This document shows, piece by piece, positions 31,711-40,691 of a stretch of 64,000 nt of DNA (within the stretch, counting starts at the first letter, position 1; every line of letters begins with the position of its first letter). The position numbers and the translations under genes were made by a program. Source of the DNA: Nitrosopumilaceae archaeon (GTDB lineage Archaea; Thermoproteota; Nitrososphaeria; Nitrososphaerales; Nitrosopumilaceae); NCBI GenBank assembly GCA_965208905.1, contig OZ242365.1, positions 832,001 to 896,000 of the forward strand, given 5' to 3'. The notes under the pieces are model-generated. The model was not told the DNA's origin. It saw only the letters and a list, made by a program, of their open reading frames with translations, and made no database searches.

Positions 31711-31995
31711 AAGGATCCTAATGTTGCACCAATACTTATCCAGAACACAGTGGCAGAGACGGCAGTCATTGCGCGATATCATTCAATGTTGGGCAAGTAG
31801 GCCGGTGCATCCGGCTACTCTTCTGCATTATGCGGGTCTCCTCATGGAAGCCTAAATGTGTATGCCTGAAAAGTTGATGTTATATCTTTTAATTACTATC
31901 AATCATACGAGTTGTTTTTTTGTGTTTGTTAAAAAGTAGATTGTGCTTCTATGATGATCATGGGGACTATGTGGGTCAGTCGATATCTATACATT

Positions 31996-32565
31996 CTATG
32001 GTGCATCTATAGATGAGGTTATGTTTAGAACCTGACTTTCTTGAGCGGAACCCACTGCAGTATATGTGGCAGTAAATTCATCACCACCTGTGTGGAATAA
32101 CAGTCCTGCTCCAGAGTACTCAAAGTATCCTACCTTCGAGTCAATATCCATAAATGTCCAACCGTATACTCTATCATCATCTATTCTCCAAATTGCTTGA
32201 CCACGTGAATCCTCATTGTTCATCTCATGAAGTATAACAATATCTATAGGCTCACTGGCGACATATGACACAGTACCAGCGTATATGATGCCATCACTTG
32301 GCTCTAGTACTCTGACTATCTGGTGTGTCTCATGTCCTAGTCCGGGTGAGAGGGCTGAGTCTGCTGTCTGGGTAAAGCGGTACTCGTGACTTGTTGGCTC
32401 CATATGCTCCATACTATCCATATGCTCTCCATCATCTGAGGCCGCGATTGCTGCTTGCTCTGACATAGACCAAGATAGGAAGATTGCGCCTAACATTGCA
32501 GCTGTAGCTACTCCCATTAGTATCATTTTCATTGCCCTTAAGGATTGATCACTATATAAAAACAT
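31996..32565 (-). CDS. Secreted/membrane-anchored hypothetical protein
   Basis: N-terminal hydrophobic helix; His/Met-rich linker; PGLGHETHQ. Confidence 0.7.
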   Translation of the reverse strand: MFLYSDQSLRAMKMILMGVATAAMLGAIFLSWSMSEQAAIAASDDGEHMDSMEHMEPTSHEYRFTQTADSALSPGLGHETHQIVRVLEPSDGIIYAGTVSYVASEPIDIVILHEMNNEDSRGQAIWRIDDDRVYGWTFMDIDSKVGYFEYSGAGLLFHTGGDEFTATYTAVGSAQESQVLNITSSIDAP

Positions 32566-32609
32566 TAACTCTGTAGGTTATCTGGAAAATACGGCTGATG
32601 GTAGTTTTA

Positions 32610-34035
32610 GGGAATTACATACAAAAGTACAGATCCTACGCATCCTTAAATATCAGTATACCGTATTACACATTATGATACGGATAGTCAAGGTACCGCT
32701 ACGAAAGGATGTGTTGTTTGCAGAGTGGGCGCACCGCACGAATCATGCGTCAAGATATGTGTACAATCAGGCTGTATCGGAGTACCTGTTTGGCGGGGAA
32801 TACATGGAGAGGGTGGTAGTGGACATCCTACAGCCCTTCAAACTGCCAAACACGCTGGACGATTTTACATCAGGTACGCTGGAAGATGACTACCAGGCAT
32901 ATGATTTTGGACCGTCTAAATATGCGCTAAAGTACGGCATGTACAAACAGCTTACAGAGTGGCGCGCCAAACATACATGGTTGCGCGAATGCCCCATGGT
33001 ATTTGGCCGCGGCGCCATACAGGATGCCTCGGTTGCATGTAGAAGAGTTATACATGACAACTCCGGCCACGCGCCGTACCGCCGTAAAGACGGCCGCATC
33101 ATACTATATAGTGTAAACCCGCCTGTACGGAAGGATGATCATACAGTACGAATACCCGGATATGGTATGGTAAAGACCGCAAAACCCATAGACGAAACAT
33201 GGGACATGCGGTCATTCAAGATAGTTGATGTTACCAAGAAGGTGACCAAATACACCAAACCATCCGACCATATGTTTGAGCTGCACATTGCTGTATACAC
33301 ACCAGTGGAACAGCACCGTACTACGGGCGTAATACGGGGTGTCGATGTGGGTGGCAAACACCTGGCAGTCACGGTAGACACAAACGGCAACGTTACAATA
33401 CACAACACGCGCCATAGAATAATCCTGCGGGAGATTGACGCGCTAAAGAGCCTGCGCGACCGCAAGGTACGGCATGGCCGGAAGTGGCATATATTGAACG
33501 ACCAAATAAAGCGGCTATACAGGAAGGCTGATGGCATCGCCGTGAATACGATAAACCAGACCGTATCGCGTGTAGTACAGGGAGTGGATGCAGTCATAGC
33601 CGAGATATTATCCATACAAGACATGACTGCACATGGCGGGAATTACAAAAGACACATGAACCGCTCCATGCGGGAGAACCGACTTGGTGAATTTCTACGG
33701 AAGTTGGCGCAGCGATGCGAGAGGGAAGACATTCCGCTATACGGGGTGATGGCCGCATATACGAGCCAGACGTGTCATGTGTGCGGTCACACAGACTCGG
33801 AATCGCGTGTATCACGCGACAAATTCATTTGCACTAATTGTACCAGAGTGTTTCACGCGGATGTCAATGCCGCCTGGAATATTTTACATCGGGCGGCGGG
33901 GAACGTCGTCCTAAGACGGCCGGGGCACAAGGAGGGCTACAAGCCAACACCCGCCATGCTCCGTTCCATACAACGAGGTCGTCAGAAAAGACATGAGTGT
34001 ACAGCTACGGCTGTGTACTTTTGTATATAATTCCC
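32610..34035 (+). mobile_element. TIR-bounded TnpB-only element, family B (intact)
   Basis: 22-bp TIRs GGGAATTACATACAAAAGTACA / TGTACTTTTGTATATAATTCCC (1 mismatch); perfect 8-bp TSD TAGTTTTA at 32602-32609 and 34036-34043. Confidence 0.93.
32675..34030 (+). CDS. tnpB: TnpB RuvC endonuclease (451 aa)
   Basis: RYVYNQA, RGVDVGG, VIAEIL, YTSQTCHVC/CTNC, HADVNAAWNI. Confidence 0.92.
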   Translation: MIRIVKVPLRKDVLFAEWAHRTNHASRYVYNQAVSEYLFGGEYMERVVVDILQPFKLPNTLDDFTSGTLEDDYQAYDFGPSKYALKYGMYKQLTEWRAKHTWLRECPMVFGRGAIQDASVACRRVIHDNSGHAPYRRKDGRIILYSVNPPVRKDDHTVRIPGYGMVKTAKPIDETWDMRSFKIVDVTKKVTKYTKPSDHMFELHIAVYTPVEQHRTTGVIRGVDVGGKHLAVTVDTNGNVTIHNTRHRIILREIDALKSLRDRKVRHGRKWHILNDQIKRLYRKADGIAVNTINQTVSRVVQGVDAVIAEILSIQDMTAHGGNYKRHMNRSMRENRLGEFLRKLAQRCEREDIPLYGVMAAYTSQTCHVCGHTDSESRVSRDKFICTNCTRVFHADVNAAWNILHRAAGNVVLRRPGHKEGYKPTPAMLRSIQRGRQKRHECTATAVYFCI

Positions 34036-34255
34036 TAGTTTTACGTATACCCGGACTCACAAATTTGTCTATGACGTTATACAAGAGAGATGCTCAAAGT
34101 AATACTGTGTTTACGACCGAACGTTGTCAAAAATATATCCTAACCTGAATACGTCCTGACCATCTATATGTGGCTCAATTTAGGTCCGCACCAAACTTTG
34201 GGGACGAAACTATATTCCATAAGATAATTAAGAGCCACATTACAGTATTTACAGT

Positions 34256-34423
34256 ATGACCAAATGTAGTGAATGTGACGCGGATATATCCACTCCCACA
34301 GATGCCTTAGAAGGAGAGATTGTGACGTGCGCTGATTGTGGAGCAAGTTTCGAGTTGATTGGTAGTTCGGATCCGTTTAGTCTCAAACCCGCCCAGACGG
34401 TAGGCGAGGATTGGGGGCAGTGA
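34256..34423 (+). CDS. lysW: Amino-group carrier protein LysW-like, ending EDWGQ (not in ORF track)
   Basis: MTKCSEC...GEIVTCADCG...VGEDWGQ; stop overlaps lysX start. Confidence 0.88.
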   Translation: MTKCSECDADISTPTDALEGEIVTCADCGASFELIGSSDPFSLKPAQTVGEDWGQ

Positions 34424-35268
34424 ATCCTGACATAGCCATACTTTACGATACTATCAGGTGGGAAGAGAAGGCCTTGCTGGCGTCAGCAAAAGATATGGGT
34501 GTGACTACCAGTATGGTAAACTGTAAGGGCCTGCATCTGGATTTGGAGGGCAAGACAGACAAGTTTGGTGTGGTACTTCAAAGATGTGTCAGCTATTACA
34601 GAAATGTTCACTCCACAGCGGCACTAGAAGGCATGGGCGTGGATGTAATTAACTGTCATATGACTGGCATACTCGCTGGCAATAAACTATACTCTCACAT
34701 GTTACTCAAAAATGCCGGCGTACCCACACCCAAGGCAACTGTCTCATTTTCACAAGAGGCTGCCTTAAAAGCACTGGATGAGATTGGATATCCTGCAGTC
34801 ATAAAGCCAACCGTGGGAAGCTGGGGCCGACTAATATCAAAGATAAATGATCCAGAGATAGCAGGCAGTATACTGGAGAGCAGGGAGAGTATGTATCCCA
34901 TATACCAGATACACTACATCGAAGAGTTCGTAAAGCGACCTCCTAGAGATATCCGTGCTATAATGGTGGGTGATGAAATAGTGGCAGCCATATATCGTAC
35001 CTCCCATGATAACATGTGGAAGACCAATACGGCCTTGGGTGGAACCGCGGATCCGTGTCCTGTAACACCTGAGATGGAAGAGATGTGCATAAAAGCATCA
35101 AATGCCGTAAGTGGTAAAATCGTGGGTGTGGATTTGATGGAGAGTGATGATGGGTTGTTAGTACATGAAGTAAACAACACAACTGAATTCAAGAACACTG
35201 TACGGGTTACAGGTATTGACATAGCCGGCGCCATGATAAAGTACGCAATACAGAGGGCCAGACGATGA
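34420..35268 (+). CDS. lysX: LysW-aminoadipate ligase LysX/ArgX (ATP-grasp)
   Basis: IRWEEK, KPTVGSWGR, RDIR, EVNNTTEFKN. Confidence 0.9.
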   Translation: MNPDIAILYDTIRWEEKALLASAKDMGVTTSMVNCKGLHLDLEGKTDKFGVVLQRCVSYYRNVHSTAALEGMGVDVINCHMTGILAGNKLYSHMLLKNAGVPTPKATVSFSQEAALKALDEIGYPAVIKPTVGSWGRLISKINDPEIAGSILESRESMYPIYQIHYIEEFVKRPPRDIRAIMVGDEIVAAIYRTSHDNMWKTNTALGGTADPCPVTPEMEEMCIKASNAVSGKIVGVDLMESDDGLLVHEVNNTTEFKNTVRVTGIDIAGAMIKYAIQRARR

Positions 35269-36395
35269 TGTATGGGGCCAATGTAAGTTCAAAATATGCA
35301 GTCAAGATGCTCGAAAAAGCTCTCCGACTCTATACGCCATCACTAAGCGAGCGACCCATGACAGAATTTTTGGCAGACAAGTGCGATGAGCTGGGATTTA
35401 ATGATATACGAATAGATGGTGTGGGTAATGTCATCGCCACAAAGGGCTCTGGTTCACCTACAACAATACTGTGTGGTCATATGGATACGGTGCCCGGCAA
35501 GATACGGGTTCGCCGAGATGGTGACACACTGTATGGCCGTGGAGCCTCAGATGCCAAGGCTCCTTTGATGGCAATGTTGTTTGCCGCAGCATCAGTCGGT
35601 GATGGTAATGGAACTGTGATCTTTGTAGGCGCCGTAGATGAGGAGGGTAACGCTACAGGGATAAAAAATCTGGTCAAAAAGAGAATGAATGTAGATTATG
35701 CTGTATTTGGCGAACCTAGTAGATTAGATCAGGTAACAATAGCCTATAAAGGTAGACTGGCTATCAGCTTGCGTGTAGATGTAAAAGACAGCTCCCATGC
35801 CAGCGCGCCTTGGCTATCAAAGAATGCTATAGAAGAGACTGCATACTTTACATCCAAATTAAAGAGTGCCTTGGAGGCTAGACATGCCGATAGTCGTAGT
35901 ATGCAGATGACTGCTGCTATAACCGAGATTCGCGGCGGCTCCAGTCACAATGTTACTCCGCAAGAGTGCACCACCACTATGGATATACGCATACCTGTCA
36001 CCACCAACTGTAAAATGATTGAGGAGAAGATATCCGACCTTGTTAGAAGCATTAGCGAGGAGAGGGACGTGGAGGTATTCTATTCTATATTGGATGAGAC
36101 CGAACCCTTTGAGGCTCCTCACAACTCGCCTCTGGTACGAGCGTTTACACTGGGAATAATTGAGTGTGAGGGGAACAGACCCACATTGATAAGAAAGACA
36201 GGTACCGGAGACATGAATGTTATGGGAAGTCGATGGGGAATTCCAGTAATCACATATGGACCTGGCGATCCACATGCTTCCCACACAATAAATGAGAGTG
36301 TGTCAGTATCTGAGTATCTGCGAGGAATCGATGTACTCAAAAAATCACTGGCTCACTTGAAGAGACTTCATGATAAAAGACGGGCCACTGTATAA
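35265..36395 (+). CDS. lysK: LysW-lysine/ornithine hydrolase (M20 peptidase)
   Basis: GHMDTV, GRGASDAK, DEE, TGTGDMN, YGPGD. Confidence 0.88.
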   Translation: MMYGANVSSKYAVKMLEKALRLYTPSLSERPMTEFLADKCDELGFNDIRIDGVGNVIATKGSGSPTTILCGHMDTVPGKIRVRRDGDTLYGRGASDAKAPLMAMLFAAASVGDGNGTVIFVGAVDEEGNATGIKNLVKKRMNVDYAVFGEPSRLDQVTIAYKGRLAISLRVDVKDSSHASAPWLSKNAIEETAYFTSKLKSALEARHADSRSMQMTAAITEIRGGSSHNVTPQECTTTMDIRIPVTTNCKMIEEKISDLVRSISEERDVEVFYSILDETEPFEAPHNSPLVRAFTLGIIECEGNRPTLIRKTGTGDMNVMGSRWGIPVITYGPGDPHASHTINESVSVSEYLRGIDVLKKSLAHLKRLHDKRRATV

Positions 36396-37408
36396 TGTTG
36401 CATATAGTGGGATTGGGCGTATCGGATGACTCCATACCATATAACATTGAAGATATAATACAAAAAGCAGACATAGTATATCTGGAGGTATTCACCAGCC
36501 CAGACATCAATACCTCCCAGATAAGGCGCATATGCCCCACACTACAGATGGCCCCTAGGTGGCTGGTGGAGGATGGTCGCCGCATACTAGAAGAATCAGA
36601 ATACAAAGATGTGGTTTTAGCATCATATGGAGACCCCTTGGTGGCCACTACCCACACTGAACTTCGAGTACGTGCAGCACAAAGGGGCATACCCGTAAAT
36701 GTGGTGCATGGCCCCTCTGCCATCACAACCTTAGTGGGTGAGTGCGGCCTACATCATTACATGATGGGCCGCATGGCTACCATAATGAGCGAAGATACAC
36801 TGTTGGAGACACCATACATGGTCTCGTATAGAAATGCCGTATTGGGGAATCACACACTGTTATTATTGGAGTATAATCAGGATGCAGACTTTTTTCTAAA
36901 AGCAGATGTGGCACTACAGGGGCTATCTGATGCTGAAAAGAGTTATCGGCGAGGCGTATTTACACCTGACAGACACTGTATAGTGGCATGTCGTATAGGG
37001 ACAAAGAGACAACTTGTAGTATCTGGAAGTCTCTCAAGCCTTGAGGGATACGACTTTGGCGAACCCCCACACTCCATAATACTGACTGGAAGGCTCCACT
37101 TTACTGAATGTGACGCTATACGGGTATTAACCAGATGTATGGATGACCCCCCAGAAAATCAAACCATAAAGAGCATACCACAACAGATGATTGAAAAATA
37201 TACTCCAATGATACACAAATCCATTCAAGATCTTCCAGACTGCTCTAATAATGAAAAATTGATAGTACAAAATGCCATCTCATACATACAAGACGCTCAG
37301 AGGGCTTTGGAGAGTGGCCAAGACGAGGTGGCCATACTGTCTATAGGTTATGCAGATGGTCTAGTAGATGCGTTACGTATTTCACATGGCATGGATCCGA
37401 AAATATAA
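36395..37408 (+). CDS. dph5: Diphthine synthase with C-terminal DUF357-like domain
   Basis: VGLG, GDPLVATTH, HTLLLL, YADGLVDALR. Confidence 0.88.
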   Translation: MLHIVGLGVSDDSIPYNIEDIIQKADIVYLEVFTSPDINTSQIRRICPTLQMAPRWLVEDGRRILEESEYKDVVLASYGDPLVATTHTELRVRAAQRGIPVNVVHGPSAITTLVGECGLHHYMMGRMATIMSEDTLLETPYMVSYRNAVLGNHTLLLLEYNQDADFFLKADVALQGLSDAEKSYRRGVFTPDRHCIVACRIGTKRQLVVSGSLSSLEGYDFGEPPHSIILTGRLHFTECDAIRVLTRCMDDPPENQTIKSIPQQMIEKYTPMIHKSIQDLPDCSNNEKLIVQNAISYIQDAQRALESGQDEVAILSIGYADGLVDALRISHGMDPKI

Positions 37409-37432
37409 TATTCCAAAAAACAACCTACTATT

Positions 37433-38044
37433 TTGCAGATGGATTCAATACAAGGCAGTGTGATATTTGCTGCATATGTTGCGCAGATCACCGACAAACC
37501 ACTACAAGATGTGTGTGCGCAGCGAGGAGTGCCTGATTATGTTATGCGCAAAGGTATCGCTAGACTGAACCGTAATGGTCTGATGGATGAACATACACTG
37601 ACGGCACTGGGCCGAGAGTCTATTCGGGTAGTTTTAACTGGAGGTGTCTTTGATATAATACATCCTGGTCACATACACACACTCAATGCCGCCAAGGGTC
37701 TAGGGGATATATTGGTGGTGGTTGTTGCCAGTAATAGTACGGCTACTAAAAAGAGTGATAACATAATACACTCCCAGACACAGCGGCAGACTTTAGTGGA
37801 GTCACTACAGATTGTAGATGTCTGTGTGATAGGACACCAGAATAATATATTCAAGACTGTTCAGGATATAATGCCTGATATTGTAGCGCTGGGATATGAT
37901 CAAGGACATCATGAAAAATATATCGCTGATGGGTGCAAAAAAATCAATCCGCGAATTCAGGTGGCACGACTGCAGTCACCTGTACCAGACATATCCAGCT
38001 CAGAGATAAAACGTGTATATGGTGACAATATACATAATCTCTAA
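37433..38044 (+). CDS. ribL: Cytidylyltransferase-family FAD synthetase
   Basis: GVFDIIHPGH, PDIVALGYDQ; adjacent to ribK. Confidence 0.8.
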   Translation: MQMDSIQGSVIFAAYVAQITDKPLQDVCAQRGVPDYVMRKGIARLNRNGLMDEHTLTALGRESIRVVLTGGVFDIIHPGHIHTLNAAKGLGDILVVVVASNSTATKKSDNIIHSQTQRQTLVESLQIVDVCVIGHQNNIFKTVQDIMPDIVALGYDQGHHEKYIADGCKKINPRIQVARLQSPVPDISSSEIKRVYGDNIHNL

Positions 38045-38721
38045 CTCTCCGCCAGTATGGATACTGTAATCTGTGATCCGTCAGATATATTTGCCCGGGT
38101 TCTTAGATGCACATCAGATATTATCTCCATTATGCACGGGTCATGATGAGTTCTCTCCAAACGAATCATATAGCAGTTGATGTCTGGCAGTATCCGTATG
38201 GGATAGCAGCGTACCCAACCATATGTTCTTTGACCATCCGAGAAACCTTCAATCAATATGCTGGGAAAATCCTCAACACCTGATATGGTACGGGCAGACT
38301 CTGTATCCAATTGTACATTTAGTGTGCCCGGAAAAGGAGTCAAGTCAATCTTTGCGCAAAATTGTGTTATATATCCGGGTAACGACATGTAATATGCGCC
38401 CTCACCAACACCAGACACTATCCTCCCCCGGAGAGTTGCACTGCGAGGCTTGTGTTGTACAGCATTGTTCAATATGGATGAGACTCTCATCACCTCGGCA
38501 TACCCTTTCTTTGTGACCCGTATGTGTCTACCACGTCCTTTGGCTTCACGCTGAATCAGACCACTACTCTCCAACTCTGCTAGATGACTAGATGCTGCCT
38601 GCTGAGATACGCCCACCGCCCGACCCAACGTCAATGTGGTTACAGGTACAAATCCATTCTGACACCCCAAAGTCATCAAATGGGCCAAAGTCATCAAATG
38701 ATGGATCTTTAATGTTGCCAA
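38041..38721 (-). CDS. ribK: CTP-dependent riboflavin kinase with N-terminal HTH
   Basis: SQQAAS HTH; SGVGEGAYY, PFPGTLN. Confidence 0.9.
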   Translation of the reverse strand: MATLKIHHLMTLAHLMTLGCQNGFVPVTTLTLGRAVGVSQQAASSHLAELESSGLIQREAKGRGRHIRVTKKGYAEVMRVSSILNNAVQHKPRSATLRGRIVSGVGEGAYYMSLPGYITQFCAKIDLTPFPGTLNVQLDTESARTISGVEDFPSILIEGFSDGQRTYGWVRCYPIRILPDINCYMIRLERTHHDPCIMEIISDVHLRTRANISDGSQITVSILAES

Positions 38722-39864
38722 CTAACGAATATCCAAGTCCGCAAATGATGTGAGCACCACTCCGCCTGTGTTAGTCACCTTTGCCACCCGGTGTCCCACT
38801 ATATACTGCACGCCTGCACTTCGGGCACCATCCAGCAATCTCTGTGTTATTATTCCGTCCAGAAACAAGAAATGAACATTTGACTGTGTAGATATGGTGC
38901 GTACTAATTCATTGATTGGCACTCGAAACATCTCCTCTTGGCTCTCATCCAGCGCAACTGCCTCTAATGTCTCTTTTAGTTTTGGATATATGACCGCAGC
39001 AAGTGACTGAACTGCCTTTTCAGAACTACTCAACTCCGGTGCAGGTTCATCCCCCGACTCAATCTGCTTTACTATGGGTCTTAGTATTTCGTCAATACGT
39101 AGAGGAGTCAACTCTTCGACCTCCATTCCCGGGTCGGCACGTAACTCATAATCGACAGTAACCACAGATTTTAGACCTTTCAGTATAAAACCTCCTGCTC
39201 TATCCCCATCGGTAAATGCTACTATCTTCTCCTTTGCAGAACACAGATCTTTTATGGAGTCGTCTATCTTTGCGCCCTCAATTGCTATGGCATTATCGTA
39301 GCCGGCCCTCAGTAGATTGATGACATCAGCCCTCCCCTCTACTAGAATTATCCAGTTACTCTCGTATACGCCAGAACCACAGGTAAGTTTTGATGGTCCA
39401 TAAGATGCCAGTGTTCTTGAAGCGCCCTGATGTATGTCACGAATCATGGACTCGCCCTCGCTTATGGTCTTTGTGGCCCAACGTTGTTTTATCTCCTTGG
39501 CGCGCCGTACTATGTCATCTTTCTTGACGGCTCGTATATCTTCTAATGAGATGAGCTTGTAATTACAGTCAAAGGGACCTACCTTTTCAATACTTTCTAT
39601 GGCTGCAGCTATCAGAGCGCAGGGATCGATATCGGTACTCATAGGAATATTTACCTCACCACTGGTGGCATTTCCAGAGACACGTATGTCAACTTCGATA
39701 CGTCCTACCTTTGATGCTCGCTGCAGTTCGTTGAGGTTCATTTCGGGACCTAGCAGACCTTCGGTCTGCCCAAAGATGGCACCGATTATATCTGTCCGCT
39801 CAACGATCCCATCCACTTTGAAGGAAAGCTTAACATTATATTTGTCAGCGCCCGTGCTGGGCAT
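38722..39864 (-). CDS. dnaG: Archaeal DnaG (TOPRIM)
   Basis: GAIFGQTEGLLG, VEGRADV, DGDRAG, DGIITQRL. Confidence 0.94.
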   Translation of the reverse strand: MPSTGADKYNVKLSFKVDGIVERTDIIGAIFGQTEGLLGPEMNLNELQRASKVGRIEVDIRVSGNATSGEVNIPMSTDIDPCALIAAAIESIEKVGPFDCNYKLISLEDIRAVKKDDIVRRAKEIKQRWATKTISEGESMIRDIHQGASRTLASYGPSKLTCGSGVYESNWIILVEGRADVINLLRAGYDNAIAIEGAKIDDSIKDLCSAKEKIVAFTDGDRAGGFILKGLKSVVTVDYELRADPGMEVEELTPLRIDEILRPIVKQIESGDEPAPELSSSEKAVQSLAAVIYPKLKETLEAVALDESQEEMFRVPINELVRTISTQSNVHFLFLDGIITQRLLDGARSAGVQYIVGHRVAKVTNTGGVVLTSFADLDIR

Positions 39865-39955
39865 AAACCAATCAACTCCTGAATTATCATGTATGAATAA
39901 TCTGGATTGCATTATAATAGTCTAACGAAATTGAAAAATGGGAAAAATTTGAAAA

Positions 39956-40306
39956 CTACTCGGTATTAAAGGAGTGTCCGCAAGAGCAGGACTTTACTAC
40001 ATTGGGATTGTTAATCTTAAATCCAGAGCCCATGAGACTCTCAATGTAGTCCACATTAGCGCCTTTGAGGTGGTCTAAACTCATGCTATCCACTAGTAAC
40101 TTTACACCAGCCTCTTCTATGACTAGGTCGTCCTCCTCTGGCTTGGCCTCAAAGCCCATGCCGTATGAGAGGCCAGAACATCCTCCTCCCTGTACGTATA
40201 CACGCAGATATTCGGGCTTGGCTTCCTCTTCGGCCATAAACTCTTTAATCTTTGTAGCCGCAGTCGCGGTAACGGTTATCAACTTTTGTGTCTGTTTAGT
40301 CTCCAT
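39956..40306 (-). CDS. A-type Fe-S carrier (IscA/ErpA/HesB)
   Basis: GGGCSG, NPN...CSCGHSF. Confidence 0.93.
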   Translation of the reverse strand: METKQTQKLITVTATAATKIKEFMAEEEAKPEYLRVYVQGGGCSGLSYGMGFEAKPEEDDLVIEEAGVKLLVDSMSLDHLKGANVDYIESLMGSGFKINNPNVVKSCSCGHSFNTE

Positions 40307-40347
40307 TGTATGGTACTTTGTTAATTTTTGTTATAATAACTTTGTGG

Positions 40348-40512
40348 AGTTAGGTTCTTGCAAGGACAGGTGATTTGGCCATGCCCAAACGTAGGGCATT
40401 CTGCGGCGTACCATCCCATCAATATCCCTCCTACGATACATGTTGGATGTGGCGGGTGTCTGGCGGTATCACACTTCGTCTCGGGCCGTCACCCCGTCTT
40501 GCGGGAGTAACC
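40348..40512. mobile_element. Degenerate ~165-bp MITE of TIR-TnpB family A
   Basis: TTGCAAGGACAGGTGAT left and GTCACCCCGTCTTGCGGGAGTAACC right; flanks ACTTTGTGG / CATTTGTGG. Confidence 0.6.
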
Positions 40513-40691
40513 CATTTGTGGGGGCTAAATGGTTACCATGCCCCCTGCTAATTTTAGGCGCTCGATATAGGTTGTTGCTACATATTGCTAATTAACACCG
40601 TTTTGCGCCGTTAGTAAGGCTGCAATGCCCGTATCACATCAAAATCGGACCTAGAACGGGGGCGGGGTTGAGCATGTACGCCCTTCAGATG

